A stretch of DNA of 64,000 bases, taken from assembly GCA_965112735.1 (NCBI GenBank), contig OZ218952.1, positions 4,402,001 to 4,466,000 of the forward strand, written 5' to 3'. Source of the DNA: Phaeosaccion multiseriatum. Lineage: Eukaryota; Protista; Ochrophyta, other classes. The position numbers and the translations under genes were made by a program. Each line of letters starts with the position of its first letter. Position 1 is the stretch's first letter. The notes under the pieces were generated by a model, which searched no databases, was not told the DNA's origin, and saw only the letters and a program-made list of their open reading frames with translations. This document shows, in pieces, positions 10,583 to 20,853 of this stretch.

Positions 10583-12610
10583 ATGGTGGCCCCAGATGTG
10601 ATTGCATCGGTGGTGGCGTACAGCCTTTGCAGTGGGACGATGCTGGTGCTGAACAAGCTCGCCATAGAGAGTGTTCCGGACTGTCCCACCATGGTGTCCG
10701 TCATCCAGTTACTGTCTAGTACCATCATTGTGCTCCTCTTCAAGTTCTCGGGTCTGATCCCCGTTGACGACTTTGTGTGGTCCAAGGTACGGGTCCAAGG
10801 GAAGGGCAAGAAGGAATGATCTTCCTCATGTTCTCTTCTCTCTGTCCATTCGTACATCCTATACATGATGGTAGAGAGCGTCTATCTCACCCTCGCACGG
10901 TCAGTCATCCCCAATAGTGAGCGTCTTTCTCACCCTCGGACGCTCTGCCCCTGGTCCCCAATCTGTGTTTGCCCCACCCACCACCCTCCAGGTCAAGCCC
11001 TACTTGTACTATGTGGTAGTCTTTGTGCTCGGGGTGTGGTCCAACATGAAGTCGCTAGAGGCCTCGAATGTGGACACGGTAAGGGTTTCCGGGCCTCGGG
11101 GGAGTTTTGCACGTCGCCTACCCCTTGACTGCCCTGCTGCTACTGCTGCTGTTGCTGCTTCGTGGACCCCCCTTGATGGCGGCTGTTGTGTTGCACGTGC
11201 TCGTACAAGTGCCCTGATGCATGCGTTTGGGCCTTTGTGTGCGCTGCTTGAGGGATGTGGGGGAAGGTGTGCGTTGTTTGCAGAGTTCACGTAGATGTGA
11301 GATGGTACGCACATACTTGGAGAGAGTATCCTCACTGCGCGCCCCCTGCCCCCCACGTGTGTGTACTATGCGTCTGTTGATGCCCTCATCAGGTGATCGT
11401 ATTTCGGGCATGTACGCCCATCGCCGTGGCCCTGATGGACGTCATCTTCCTGGGGCGAGAGAGCCCAAGCAAGCGCTCTCTGTTTGCCCTCTCCTGTCTG
11501 GTGTTTGGCTCCATGGGGTACGTGTACTACGACGCCGAATTCGCCTTGAATGGCTTCAGCGCCTACTCCTGGGTCACGGCTTACTTTGTGCTCATCTGCA
11601 TTGAAATGACATACGGCAAGAAGCTGGTGAGCACGGTGAAGATGGACTCGGTGAGCGGCTCAGTGCTATACACCAACGCCTTTGGTTGGCTGCCCATGTT
11701 CCTCATCGCAAAGAGCGCCAGGGAGTTGGAAAAATTCAACGCGATGGAGTGGACACCATCTGCCATTTTCTTTCTCAGTCTGAGCGCCATCGTAGGTGAG
11801 AGAGAGGGAGGGAGGGAGGGAGGGAGGAAGGAAGGGATGAGTGGAGGGTGATTAGATCGGAAATGGAAGTGAGTGGGTGGGTCATTATTTGTGTAAGTGG
11901 GTCGGCGAGGGAGGGAGGCAGCGAAAAGGCAATTACGTACACGATAACTCAGAGTCTGTGTCGTTGGCCAGCAGAGAGAGGTGGATTACCAAAGGCCTAT
12001 TGTCAACGCTCTGCTGCTCTTCCATGACCACCCCCGTGCTCTCCTCTCCTCGCTCAGGCACCGGCATCAGCTACGCAGGCTGGTGGTGTAGAGGAAAGGT
12101 GTCAGCCACCACCTTCACTCTTGTGGGAGTCCTCAACAAGACCATGACAGTGCTCATCAATGTTTTCATCTGGGACAAGCACGCTAGTCCCACGGGCATC
12201 TTCTTCCTCTTCGTCTGCCTGGGGGGAGGGTCTCTATACAAGCAGGTAGGGAAGAAAGGAAGGAAGGAAGGAAGGAAGGAAGGGTCTTATTTCATCACCT
12301 GGGCCGGGAAGCAGGATTGCTGAGAGGGAAGAAGAGTTGCATTTGCTGCCACTGCTACTTCTACTACTGCTTCTGCCACACTGCTACTTCTACTGCTGCG
12401 GCTACCCCTCCCCCCACCCCCTTCCTCGCTACCACTTTACTCACCACCCCTCATGCTTTGGCGTACTCACTGCACGACACTGCGCTGCAGGCTCCCCTGC
12501 GCAAGAGCATGGAAGAAGGTGGCTTGGCCATGGGCGATACCACCATAGACAAGGCCGACCTGGATATTGAGGCCAAGGAGGCTCTCGTCACCCCCAAGGC
12601 AATGAAATAA
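10583..12610 (+). CDS. Nucleotide-sugar transporter (GDP-mannose/GDP-fucose, GONST/VRG4-like), 5 exons
   Basis: Exons 10583-10786, 10992-11078, 11393-11795, 12058-12245 and 12491-12610. Motifs YSLCSGTMLVLNK, NVDTVIVFRACTP, VLYTN, SATTFTLVGVLNK (GxLNK GDP-sugar motif), IWDKHAS; multiple TM helices. Confidence 0.9.
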
Positions 12611-13135
12611 ACGAACTAAAAAAAGGGACCATTCGCCCCTCCTCCAGATGGCACTACATGGTATGGGCCGGAGCGGAAAGGAGAGGAGAGGGTCTGACTC
12701 TCTGCTGTTGCTTTGTGGCGTGCCGCAAGGAGAGGGGGCGGAGACACGCATCGATCGGGCCCCTCCTCCAGAGAAGCTTGCGGGCAGCGAAGAGGAGGGA
12801 GGGAAACGCGTTCTCTCAGACGGAACTGAGCGAGCAAGGTAGCTGAGGCAGCTCATGCCAGAGCTATGACAGAGCTTTGACAGAGCCACTGGATCACATG
12901 AGGAAAATACGAAGAAAAAGAAATGGACACACGATGTGTCTGTGGTGGAATAGTTGAGACTAGTTCAAATCATAAAAAAAAAGCCCCCGAGTTATTCCCC
13001 TGCATGCATGTTACGTTCAACTAAAGGTACTTACTGCATCTTCACTCACTTTTAATCTATCTTATGCCTCTATTTATATGGCGATGGTGTGTGTGTTGTG
13101 CGTGCTCGCCTGATGCAACCAAGCAAGAGCTCCGA

Positions 13136-13990
13136 TTACTTCTTCTTGCCGAAGAGCCCCTCCATCATATCTCCGAGGGGGTTGCTCTCCTTGCCTTCAG
13201 TCTTCTTTGCCCCCTTCTCGTCGGGGATCTCCTTATCAGCTGCCTCGAACACCTGTCTCCATCGATCACGGACACAAAGACGGAGGAGGGGTGACGGTGG
13301 GGGAGGGGGGGGGTCAGGGAGAGGAAAGGTGGAAATGGCGGGTCTCTAGAGCGGAATGGCGGGTGTGCTAGTCTCAGCGATGATGCTTATTCGCGTATGG
13401 CGTGGCGTGGTGTGCTGTGGTGTGACGTGTGGCGTGATGTGGGGCCGGTCATCACCTCGCGGGTCAGGGCCCAAGAAGGGCTCACCGAGAGGAGCTTAAC
13501 GGCTCCAGCGTACCCGTGCGGACACCCTCACGGGTACCGCACGGACAGGCTGCTTCGGTGTCGCACGACTCTATTGTTTTGGCAGCGTCACCACCGCCTC
13601 AAGGAACATTGCTGCTCGTAGGCATGGCCGGCTTAATGTGCTTTTTTATCGTGGGTATGTGATATAATGGGAGAAGCAACCCCTCCCATTGTACAAGCAC
13701 ACGCCGCGCCCTCATCAACTCACCTCAAACATCTGCTCAAGGTTAAGGTCGGTGACACTCTGCTCTTCCTCCTCTTCCTTGCCCTTGGGCGTGACCCTCA
13801 GCTGGTGCACTGCTGCTCGGCCCTGTCTATTCTCCTGCTGCTGGTGCTGCTGCTGCTGCTGCTCCAGGCTGCCAACCTCCACCTTGCGAATCGCACTTGT
13901 GGACAGGGAGGGCACCACAAAGGCCTGGCTGGTCTGCGCCAAGCAGCCGCACACGGCCACCATCACCGCCACGAGGTGTTGCATTTGCAT
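13136..13990 (-). CDS. Small putative plastid-targeted protein of unknown function, 2 exons
   Basis: Exons 13990-13724 and 13252-13136. Signal peptide ending SQA-FVVP (ASAFAP-like) followed by a Ser/Thr/Arg transit-like region; core SVTDLNLEQMFE|VFEAADK; ends GLFGKKK*. Confidence 0.8.
13438..13639 (-). ncRNA. Candidate structured intronic ncRNA, copy 1 (snoRNA-like, family not recognised; strand uncertain)
   Basis: 202 nt, 196/202 identical to 17324-17525 with no indels, more conserved than the flanking intron and exons. Terminal stem, several hairpins, ACATTA (ANANNA) at the 5' side, ACA after the stem, internal CUGA...GUGAUGA. Confidence 0.5.
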
Positions 13991-14470
13991 CACGCCACGT
14001 ACGTGCCCCTCGTCTTTAATCCCTTTTCTCCTTCTCTGCCCTTTTCACTTCGACTGTATACAGTCCTAGTGATACACTCCTATGATACACTCCTCTAGTT
14101 GTGTGATGGTGTTGGTGTATAATTTGTGTTGGTCGGTGTGCTGGTTGTCGGCCGAGTCGAGTTGTCCCATTTTTGTTTGGCCCCCTGGGGTTTGCAGAGT
14201 TTTTTTTCGCTTCTTGCATGCTCGTTGCTCCTCGTGTCCTGCTGCCGGAAGGAGGAGCGCTTTTAGGAGTGAGGAAGGGCAGCAGTGGCAGCAGCGGCAG
14301 CAGCTCCGAGCCAAGAGCGCACTCGTCTGTTTCCCTTTCTACAGCCAAAGTCCAGCAAGCGCTATCGGAGCCACACGCGGCTCCTCCCGCCAAGTTCAGA
14401 CAGGAGCTTGGACAAGAGCTTGGCGGAGCGTAGAGATATAGACAAGAGAGGGGGGGCTGTCACGAGGACG

Positions 14471-16775
14471 ATGGGGGTTGCGGTGCTGCAAGCGGCGCTG
14501 GTGGCCGGAGTAGCCCTGTCTGTGGCAAGAGGAGGTGAAGGACATGGGTTGGTGGGAGGCAGAGGAGCAGGGCTCAGGCCGAGTGGTGCTCTCGCCGCAG
14601 ATGGGGCACGAGCAGCAGCAGGAGCAGCAGAAGGAGCAATAGCAGCAGCAGGAGGAGGAGGGGAAGAGAGAGTTGGAGCAGCAGGACCCTCCGTACCAAG
14701 GGTGGCGGTACAGGTAGAAACAGAGGAAGCAGCGGAATCGTCGACCTGGACAGATGGAGCCTGCTGGGAGGTAGCAGATCCGCAAGATCAGCAGGTGAGT
14801 GTATGGCCCAGCTCGGACGGAAATCTTCGCCCCTGCATGACGATATGACATGTGCAGACTACACCATTGTTCAAAGGGGTGCGTCGTGTGAGTGGGGAGC
14901 AAGTGGATGGTGTCTGAGCGAAAAGGGGAAGCAGCCGATCCCAGAAGCCTGGTCGGACGCGCCTTTGACTCCCTCAGTCGAGAAGCAACTCATGCAAAAC
15001 TCAAAAACTGACACACCCACCCACCTTCCTCTCTATTCCGATGTATTGGTGCGTGGACACAGGAGGAGCACAGGTGTAGTGGGAGTGGCGCCAAACAAAG
15101 TCTAGCAGAGGCCAGGCGGCACAGCAGCAGGCGGCAAAGGTACCCATCCCCACACACGTTAGCTTCTGTAGCGGCCACAGCCACGGCCACGGCTTGTGCA
15201 CCTTCGTCTCTAGTACAGAAGCGGTTGCTCTCCCTTCGTGGCGGCGTCAAGAGAGCAGCAGCAGCAGCCGCCTTGGACGGCGAAGAGGACGACGACGACG
15301 ACGACGACTTTCCCGCCTCAGAGAGTGTGCTCAAGAAGGTGGTTAGCTCTTACGCCGCCCTCCCCATCGCCACCCGCGTATACCTTAGTGTGGTCTTGGC
15401 GTGTACGGCGATTGACATGGCCGGAGGTGAGGCGCTCAACGCGGGGGAGCTGTTCGCCCTACATCCGAGGCGGTCGCTGCTAGGGCTAGAGCTCTGGCGC
15501 CCCCTCACGGGGTCCACCTTCCTGGGGCCGCTGTCGATGCACTGGGCCACCAATGTGTACTTTCTCATCAAGTACGGGACGTTGTTGGAGGCCATGTATG
15601 GCCATGCGCAGCAGTTGGTCTTCCTTGTGGTGGTGGTGGCTGTGCTCAACGTGCTAGGGCCCCTGTTGGGCTTCCCCTATGTGGCAACTTCGCTCATTAG
15701 CTCTCTTGTCTATGTATCGTCAAGGTAAGCAGCAGGAAGGAGTACACTGTTGGGGAGGAGGAGAGGAGGAGGAGGGGAGCCCCCTCTCCTTTCACTCAAG
15801 GCGAGGCTTGGGAAGGAAGGGACCTAAGGGAGGAGGGGAGGAGGAGAGGAAGCCCCTCTCCCTCCACTCGAGCTCAGGCTTGGGATTGGGTCAAGCTCCC
15901 TTTACTGGACATGGTCTATTGACGCGCCAGCGAGTGGAGAGTTTGTAACTGGACCTACTCTGGCAGGATTATCAGGGTAGTCTGGCTGGATTTGCTCTGT
16001 GGTGATTCATTGTGGCTCTCTTGGTCTGACTTACTACCTCTCTCCCCTCTTCACCCCACTCGCTCTCTCTCTCTGTGTGTGTGTGTGTGTTCTGGCAGCT
16101 GACTGACCTGACAACCTCTTTCCCCTCTTCCTCGTCCTCGCACTCACGCTCTCTCCATCGCTCCTGGGATCGACCCAACACGACTAAACAGGCTCAATCC
16201 GATGGAGAACCAACAGTGGCAGTTCGGGATCACCATTCAGTCCTGGATGCTCCCCTACGCTCTCGCCATTGTGGACACGCTTCAGGCGCAGAGCATCGCC
16301 GCGGCCTATCCGCACTTGCTCGGCATCTTGGCGGGACACCTCTACCACTTTTTCAACAAGGTATGTGTGTGTGTCAGGGAGTGTGTGCGTGAGCAGTGTG
16401 TGTGTGAGCGTGTGTGTGCGTGAGCAGTGTGTGTGTGTGTGTGAGTGTGGACAGGGGAGAAGGTTGAGAGCGAGAGCAAGAGCAAGAGCAAGAGCAAGAA
16501 GCAACGACAGCAGGGGAGTAGATGGAGTAGTGTGTGCGTCTGACACTCCTTCCTGCTTCTGCACATATGTCTGTCTCTCTCTTGGTCCTGTGCCTCTCTT
16601 GTTGCAGGTGTATCCGGCCATGGGGGGGCGAGCCTGGTTCAATGCGCCAAACTGGATGAAACGTCGCTTAGATGGCGACGAGCCGAGCTACATGGCCGCT
16701 GCGGAAGAGGCTGCTGCCAAGGCACCCAAGCCTCGAGGGAGGAGAGTGGGGGGCGGAAGGAAGGACGACGACTAA
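14471..16775 (+). CDS. DER1: Derlin with long N-terminal targeting extension (candidate SELMA sDer1), 4 exons
   Basis: Exons 14471-14794, 15063-15724, 16192-16360 and 16608-16775 are in phase. LPIATRVY, ELWRPLT (WR motif), FGITIQSWMLPYAL, GILAGHLYHFF (GxxxG); N-terminal signal-like peptide and LSLRGG just before the Derlin domain. Confidence 0.9.
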
Positions 16776-17099
16776 GTTTATGGAGCCATGGACTTGGGAA
16801 AGGGGAAGTGCAGCAGGGGAGTTTACTAGAGGACATGCAGGGGCGGGGAGGGTGGTAGGTAGGCCAGGCCAGTAGGGTAGTTTGTGCTGGTGGCCGACAG
16901 GATGGGTCCTTTCCCTTTGTACGGGGAGAGGAGGGAGGGAGGGAGGGAGGGAGAGGAGAGGATCTCCAGGGGATTGACACGCGTATGCTCCAAGCGGGCG
17001 GACGGCAACAGCAGCAGCAGCAGCAGGAGGAGGAGGAGGAGGAGGAGGAGGAGGAAGAAGAAGAGAAGAAGCAGCGACGGGCATGGGCCACGAGCAGAC

Positions 17100-17760
17100 A
17101 GTGAGGAAGAGGAGGAAGAGCAGAGAGTCACCGACCTCTACCTTGAGCAGATAGTTCGAGGTAAGTTGCTGAGGGCGTGGCGTGTGTTTGCACCATGGGA
17201 GGGGGGGGGAGGGGAGGATGAGTGGGGAGAGGGAGGGGGGGGAGATTGGAGTGGGAGTGGGTATTCTTGTCTTTCTCCCTTTCTCCATCACGCACACACA
17301 CGCACACACACACACACACAAGAACATTAGGCCGGCCATGCCTACGAGCAGTCATGTTCCTTGAGGCGGTGGTGACGCTGCCAAAACAATAGAGTCATGC
17401 GACACCGAAGCAGCCTGTCCGTGCGGTACCCGTGAGGGTGTCCGCACGGGTACGCTGGAGCCGTTAAGCTCCTCTTGGTGAGCCCTTCGTGGGCCCTGAC
17501 CCGCGAGGTGATGACCGGCCCCACACCACGCCACACGTCACACCGCACGTCAGCGCGACACTTGTCCGTGAGACTGACACACCCGCCATTCCACTCTTGA
17601 GACCCGCCATTTCCACCCTTTCCTCTCCCTGACTCCAACCTCCCCCACCCTCACCCCTCCTCCGTCTTTGTGTCCGTGGTCGATGGAGGCAGGTGTTCGA
17701 GGCAGCTGACAAGGATGTCCCCGACGAGAAGCAGGAGAAGACCGGCAAAGCGCGTCGTTA
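17100..17760 (+). pseudogene. Inverted, 5'-truncated, frameshifted paralog of the 13136-13990 gene
   Basis: EEEEEEQRVTDLYLEQ followed by CAG ATA GTT CGA G (+1 nt relative to CAG ATG TTT GAG); intron 17161 to about 17692 retains GTAAGT/CAG; exon 2 VFEAADKDVPDEK. No signal peptide recognisable upstream. Confidence 0.8.
17324..17525 (+). ncRNA. Candidate structured intronic ncRNA, copy 2
   Basis: Reverse complement of 13438-13639 with 6 substitutions; same intron position in the paralog. Confidence 0.5.
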
Positions 17761-17948
17761 TCGGTCTTGCTTGTTTAGGAAGGGGGGGGGCGATTTATAA
17801 GGATTGGCAGGCGAATTGTGCCACAGCCAGCGCCAGCCGGACCTGGAAAAGCATTCCTACGATGGTCATTTTAATTACACAAGTTACACACATTGGTTCT
17901 CTTTGATAGACCTCTCTCTCTCTCTCTCTCTCTGTCTTTTTTTTAACA

Positions 17949-18184
17949 CTCGATTTACGTAAGAATCGCCCAAATCGGGGGTCGGGCGGCACGGGGGAGT
18001 GCTCTTGCAGAAATGCTGACAAGTAGGGAAGGGGAAAAGCGATGAAGGAGCCGAAAGACTGTGTGTCAGTAGGCCTTTCAAAGAGCTACACGAAGAGCTA
18101 TAGCGCTTCTCCCCGCGTCATTTTGCGGAGTTTGTTCAAAAAAACTAATCGGGGGCGATTTGAGCGATTCTTACGCAAATCGAG
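17949..18184. mobile_element. MITE-like element with 29-bp terminal inverted repeats
   Basis: CTCGATTTACGTAAGAATCGCCCAAATCG (17949-17977) and CGATTTGAGCGATTCTTACGCAAATCGAG (18156-18184) are 27/29 reverse-complementary. Non-coding interior; no clear TSD. Confidence 0.65.
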
Positions 18185-18398
18185 CAGTAGCCACGCGTAC
18201 GAAAAAACAATAATACACGCAATGATCCTATCAGTGCCTACGCTCTATCAGGTATGTGCGTGCGTGTGTGCATGGCGTTACGAAAGTCCTCCCCACGCGC
18301 CCGCCCACGGCACACTACGGAACACGCGGGGAGGTGTGAGGGTATTTTGTATTTTGGATGGATGCTAATTGCTTATTTACACATGCACACTCCAAGGG

Positions 18399-18604
18399 TC
18401 AGGTCCAGGCAGTAGGAGCGTGAGCAGGCGCTGTTGGCATGAAAGAGAAGCCTCCTTCCGGCGGTGGCGGCGGCATCTCTGCTCCACCCCCCCCCGCATC
18501 CACGCTCATGGCATCGTCCTCTTCTTCGGTCATTCCGTTGCCATCGCCACCGTGATTGACCTTGCCTTTGCTCCTGCTCTTGCTGCTGCTGCTGTTGCTG
18601 CTGT

Positions 18605-18641
<37 letters not shown>

Positions 18642-19147
18642 CTGGTCGGTAAGAAGACACGCGACAGGCTCATTGTTAAACACAACGAGGGCCTTGGTTG
18701 AGGCCATGCGAGAGGAGCGGATGATGTCATCTATCTTCTTGTCCACGCCACTCATCCCCGCGGGGGGGAGAAGGCGAGGCACCACTAGCGGCTTAACGTG
18801 GTTACCATCATCATCATCATCCTCGTTGTCTTCTTCGTAGCCTTGTTCGCTGGGTTCGGCAGATGAGACACTGTTTGTGTGCTGCGCAGGTGCTGGTCTC
18901 GGCGGCCACCCCATCTTCCTCCTCTTGTTGTCCGCGGACTGCGTTGATTCGGTATCGTCGTCGCTCATGCGCACTGCTGCGAGTCTCTCCGCAGTCTCCC
19001 CCAAGGCAGATGACAGGCCTGATGCTGTAACCCCCATATTCATTCCTAGGCCCCCCATGCCTCTCTCAAGGCCCGTCCCCTCCGTCGCCCCCTGCCCTCC
19101 TCCTCCTCCTCCTCCTCCTCCTCCTGCTCCTCCTCCTCCTCCTCCTC

Positions 19148-19184
<37 letters not shown>

Positions 19185-20129
19185 ACTTGCTGCTACTGCT
19201 GTCGCCGCTGCGGGGTGGGGAAGCGATGCTGGTCCCAGCCCAAAGCAGCCCGCCTTCATCGACGAGGGCATTGGCATGAGTTTTTTAGGTTTGGGGCTGG
19301 TGAGGGGGCTACCCATGGCGCGCTTCTGCCCGTGCCCGCACCTGCTGCTATGAGACAGATTGTGGGGCTCCGAGTCCTTCCTCTCCTCGTATCCCCCGTC
19401 GTCGCCAACGCGGGAATCGTCCCTGCCAGTTGATGAGGATGGCTCTGCGAGAGACGTAGTAATCAGACGAGGAAGGAAGGGAAGGAAGGAAGGGTAAGTC
19501 GAAGGAAGATCAAGTCGAGGGGGAACAGGGTGGAATGTCCAGGAATTGTACAATCAGAGCGTTGTGACACGTCGTTTAGCGCTGCAGGATCACGCCCTCT
19601 GGAGCCAGCCTGCCAGACACACACACATACCAACCACCCACGACGTACCCAGCCCGCACGAAATATTGAGCTGCCATAGACGGTCCGTCAAAAGCCTCTT
19701 GTCAGGCCTGCGCTCAGCGGTGTCGTCAAATGCATCCTTCTCCTCCTCCTGCACAGGCACAGGGGAGGCAGCAGAGCAGCAGGAGTTGGTGATACAGGGG
19801 AGGCGTCGGGGAGGCACGGGGGGGGGGCATGGGAAGAGAAAGGGCCCAGAGACTAGCAGGGGGCCAAGCACAAGCCAGAAATGAGGTAGCATGGGGTGGC
19901 GTGAGGTAGGGGTTGGGAGGGGGAAACGAGAGGGAGGGGAAACGCCGCATGGTTGACCCCAGCACAAACACGCTGACGAATGCGTGAGGCATTCCGGCGG
20001 CCAGCACTCGAGATTCGACTCCTTCGCAAGCTCACTAACCTGACCCACGGTGTAACTCAAGAGGTCGTCAATGTGTCGCTTAGCCCGAGGCCGAGGGCGC
20101 GACATGGAAGGGGGGCGGGTGAGCTGCAT
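18399..20129 (-). CDS. Hypothetical low-complexity protein, 3 exons
   Basis: Exons 20129-20040, 19748-19649 and 19444-18399 splice in phase. Short non-repetitive blocks (RPDKRLLTDRLWQLNIS; DKKIDDIIRSSR..KALVVF) lie among poly-A/G/S tracts. Confidence 0.65.
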
Positions 20130-20853
20130 AGTAGAGCTCTCCTCCAGGAGAGCCCGATTCTCTTCGATCCTTCTTTTGCGTCCCCCTAAGCACTCTCGCT
20201 TTCCTGCAGAGATAAGCGAGGCACCTCTTGTGGTACGTGGCGCAGCCGAGCGAGCTCAGCTCCACCACCCTCAAGAATTGTCGCAATTGTCGCCGATCTC
20301 GAAGTAGAAGGGAATTTGAATTTCGGCTTTCCTCTCTCTCTCGTTCTCCCAAACTACAACACGCTGCAATCACACAAAGAGTGTGAGATAGAGAGGAGCT
20401 TAGGATCGGATTGAAGGACCAGTATCGCAGGGAAGGGGCCAGGAGAGAAAGACCTGCAGCAGCAGCAATTTCGTTGGGACGAGGGAGTGCAGGATCAGAG
20501 AGCCATATCCAAGAGAAGGAGGGGTAGCAGGGTGACAGCGGCAACCGCTGCCGGCAATAGCAGCAGGAGAGAGGAGAGACACGGGCTGTGTTATGTCTCC
20601 CTGCCTGTAGCACCGTGTAGGCCCGACCGCCATGTCTGGATCTTTGGGTTGCATCAAGCTGAGTGCCTGACTGAACAGTGCTCCCACCAGGCTGCTTATG
20701 AGCCCAAGACTTACCCCTGCGACTACCACAGCAACCTTGGAAGGGCGACCAGCCCACCAACCTCGCGCGTAATTGACAGAGGAACCATCGCCAGATCGCC
20801 AAATCAATCACAGTCGAGGGGGAGGTCGCACAGAACACGGCTGAGGTGGAAGG

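Noticed and set aside
13397-13621. Conserved antisense ORF (PVITSRVRA...) shared with 17342-17638 as the reason for intron conservation
   Set aside because: The differences between copies are non-synonymous (Q/H, E/K, T/M, C/D) and neither ORF has a convincing context, so the constraint is not at protein level.
13438-13639. Assignment of the intronic element to U17/snR30, telomerase RNA, HDV-like ribozyme or RNase P/MRP
   Set aside because: AUGUUCCUU/AAACAAU only loosely resemble the U17 m1/m2 motifs and lie at the wrong end; CCCUGACCC is not a standard telomere template; the HDV P1.1 GG and the P4 pseudoknot motifs are missing.
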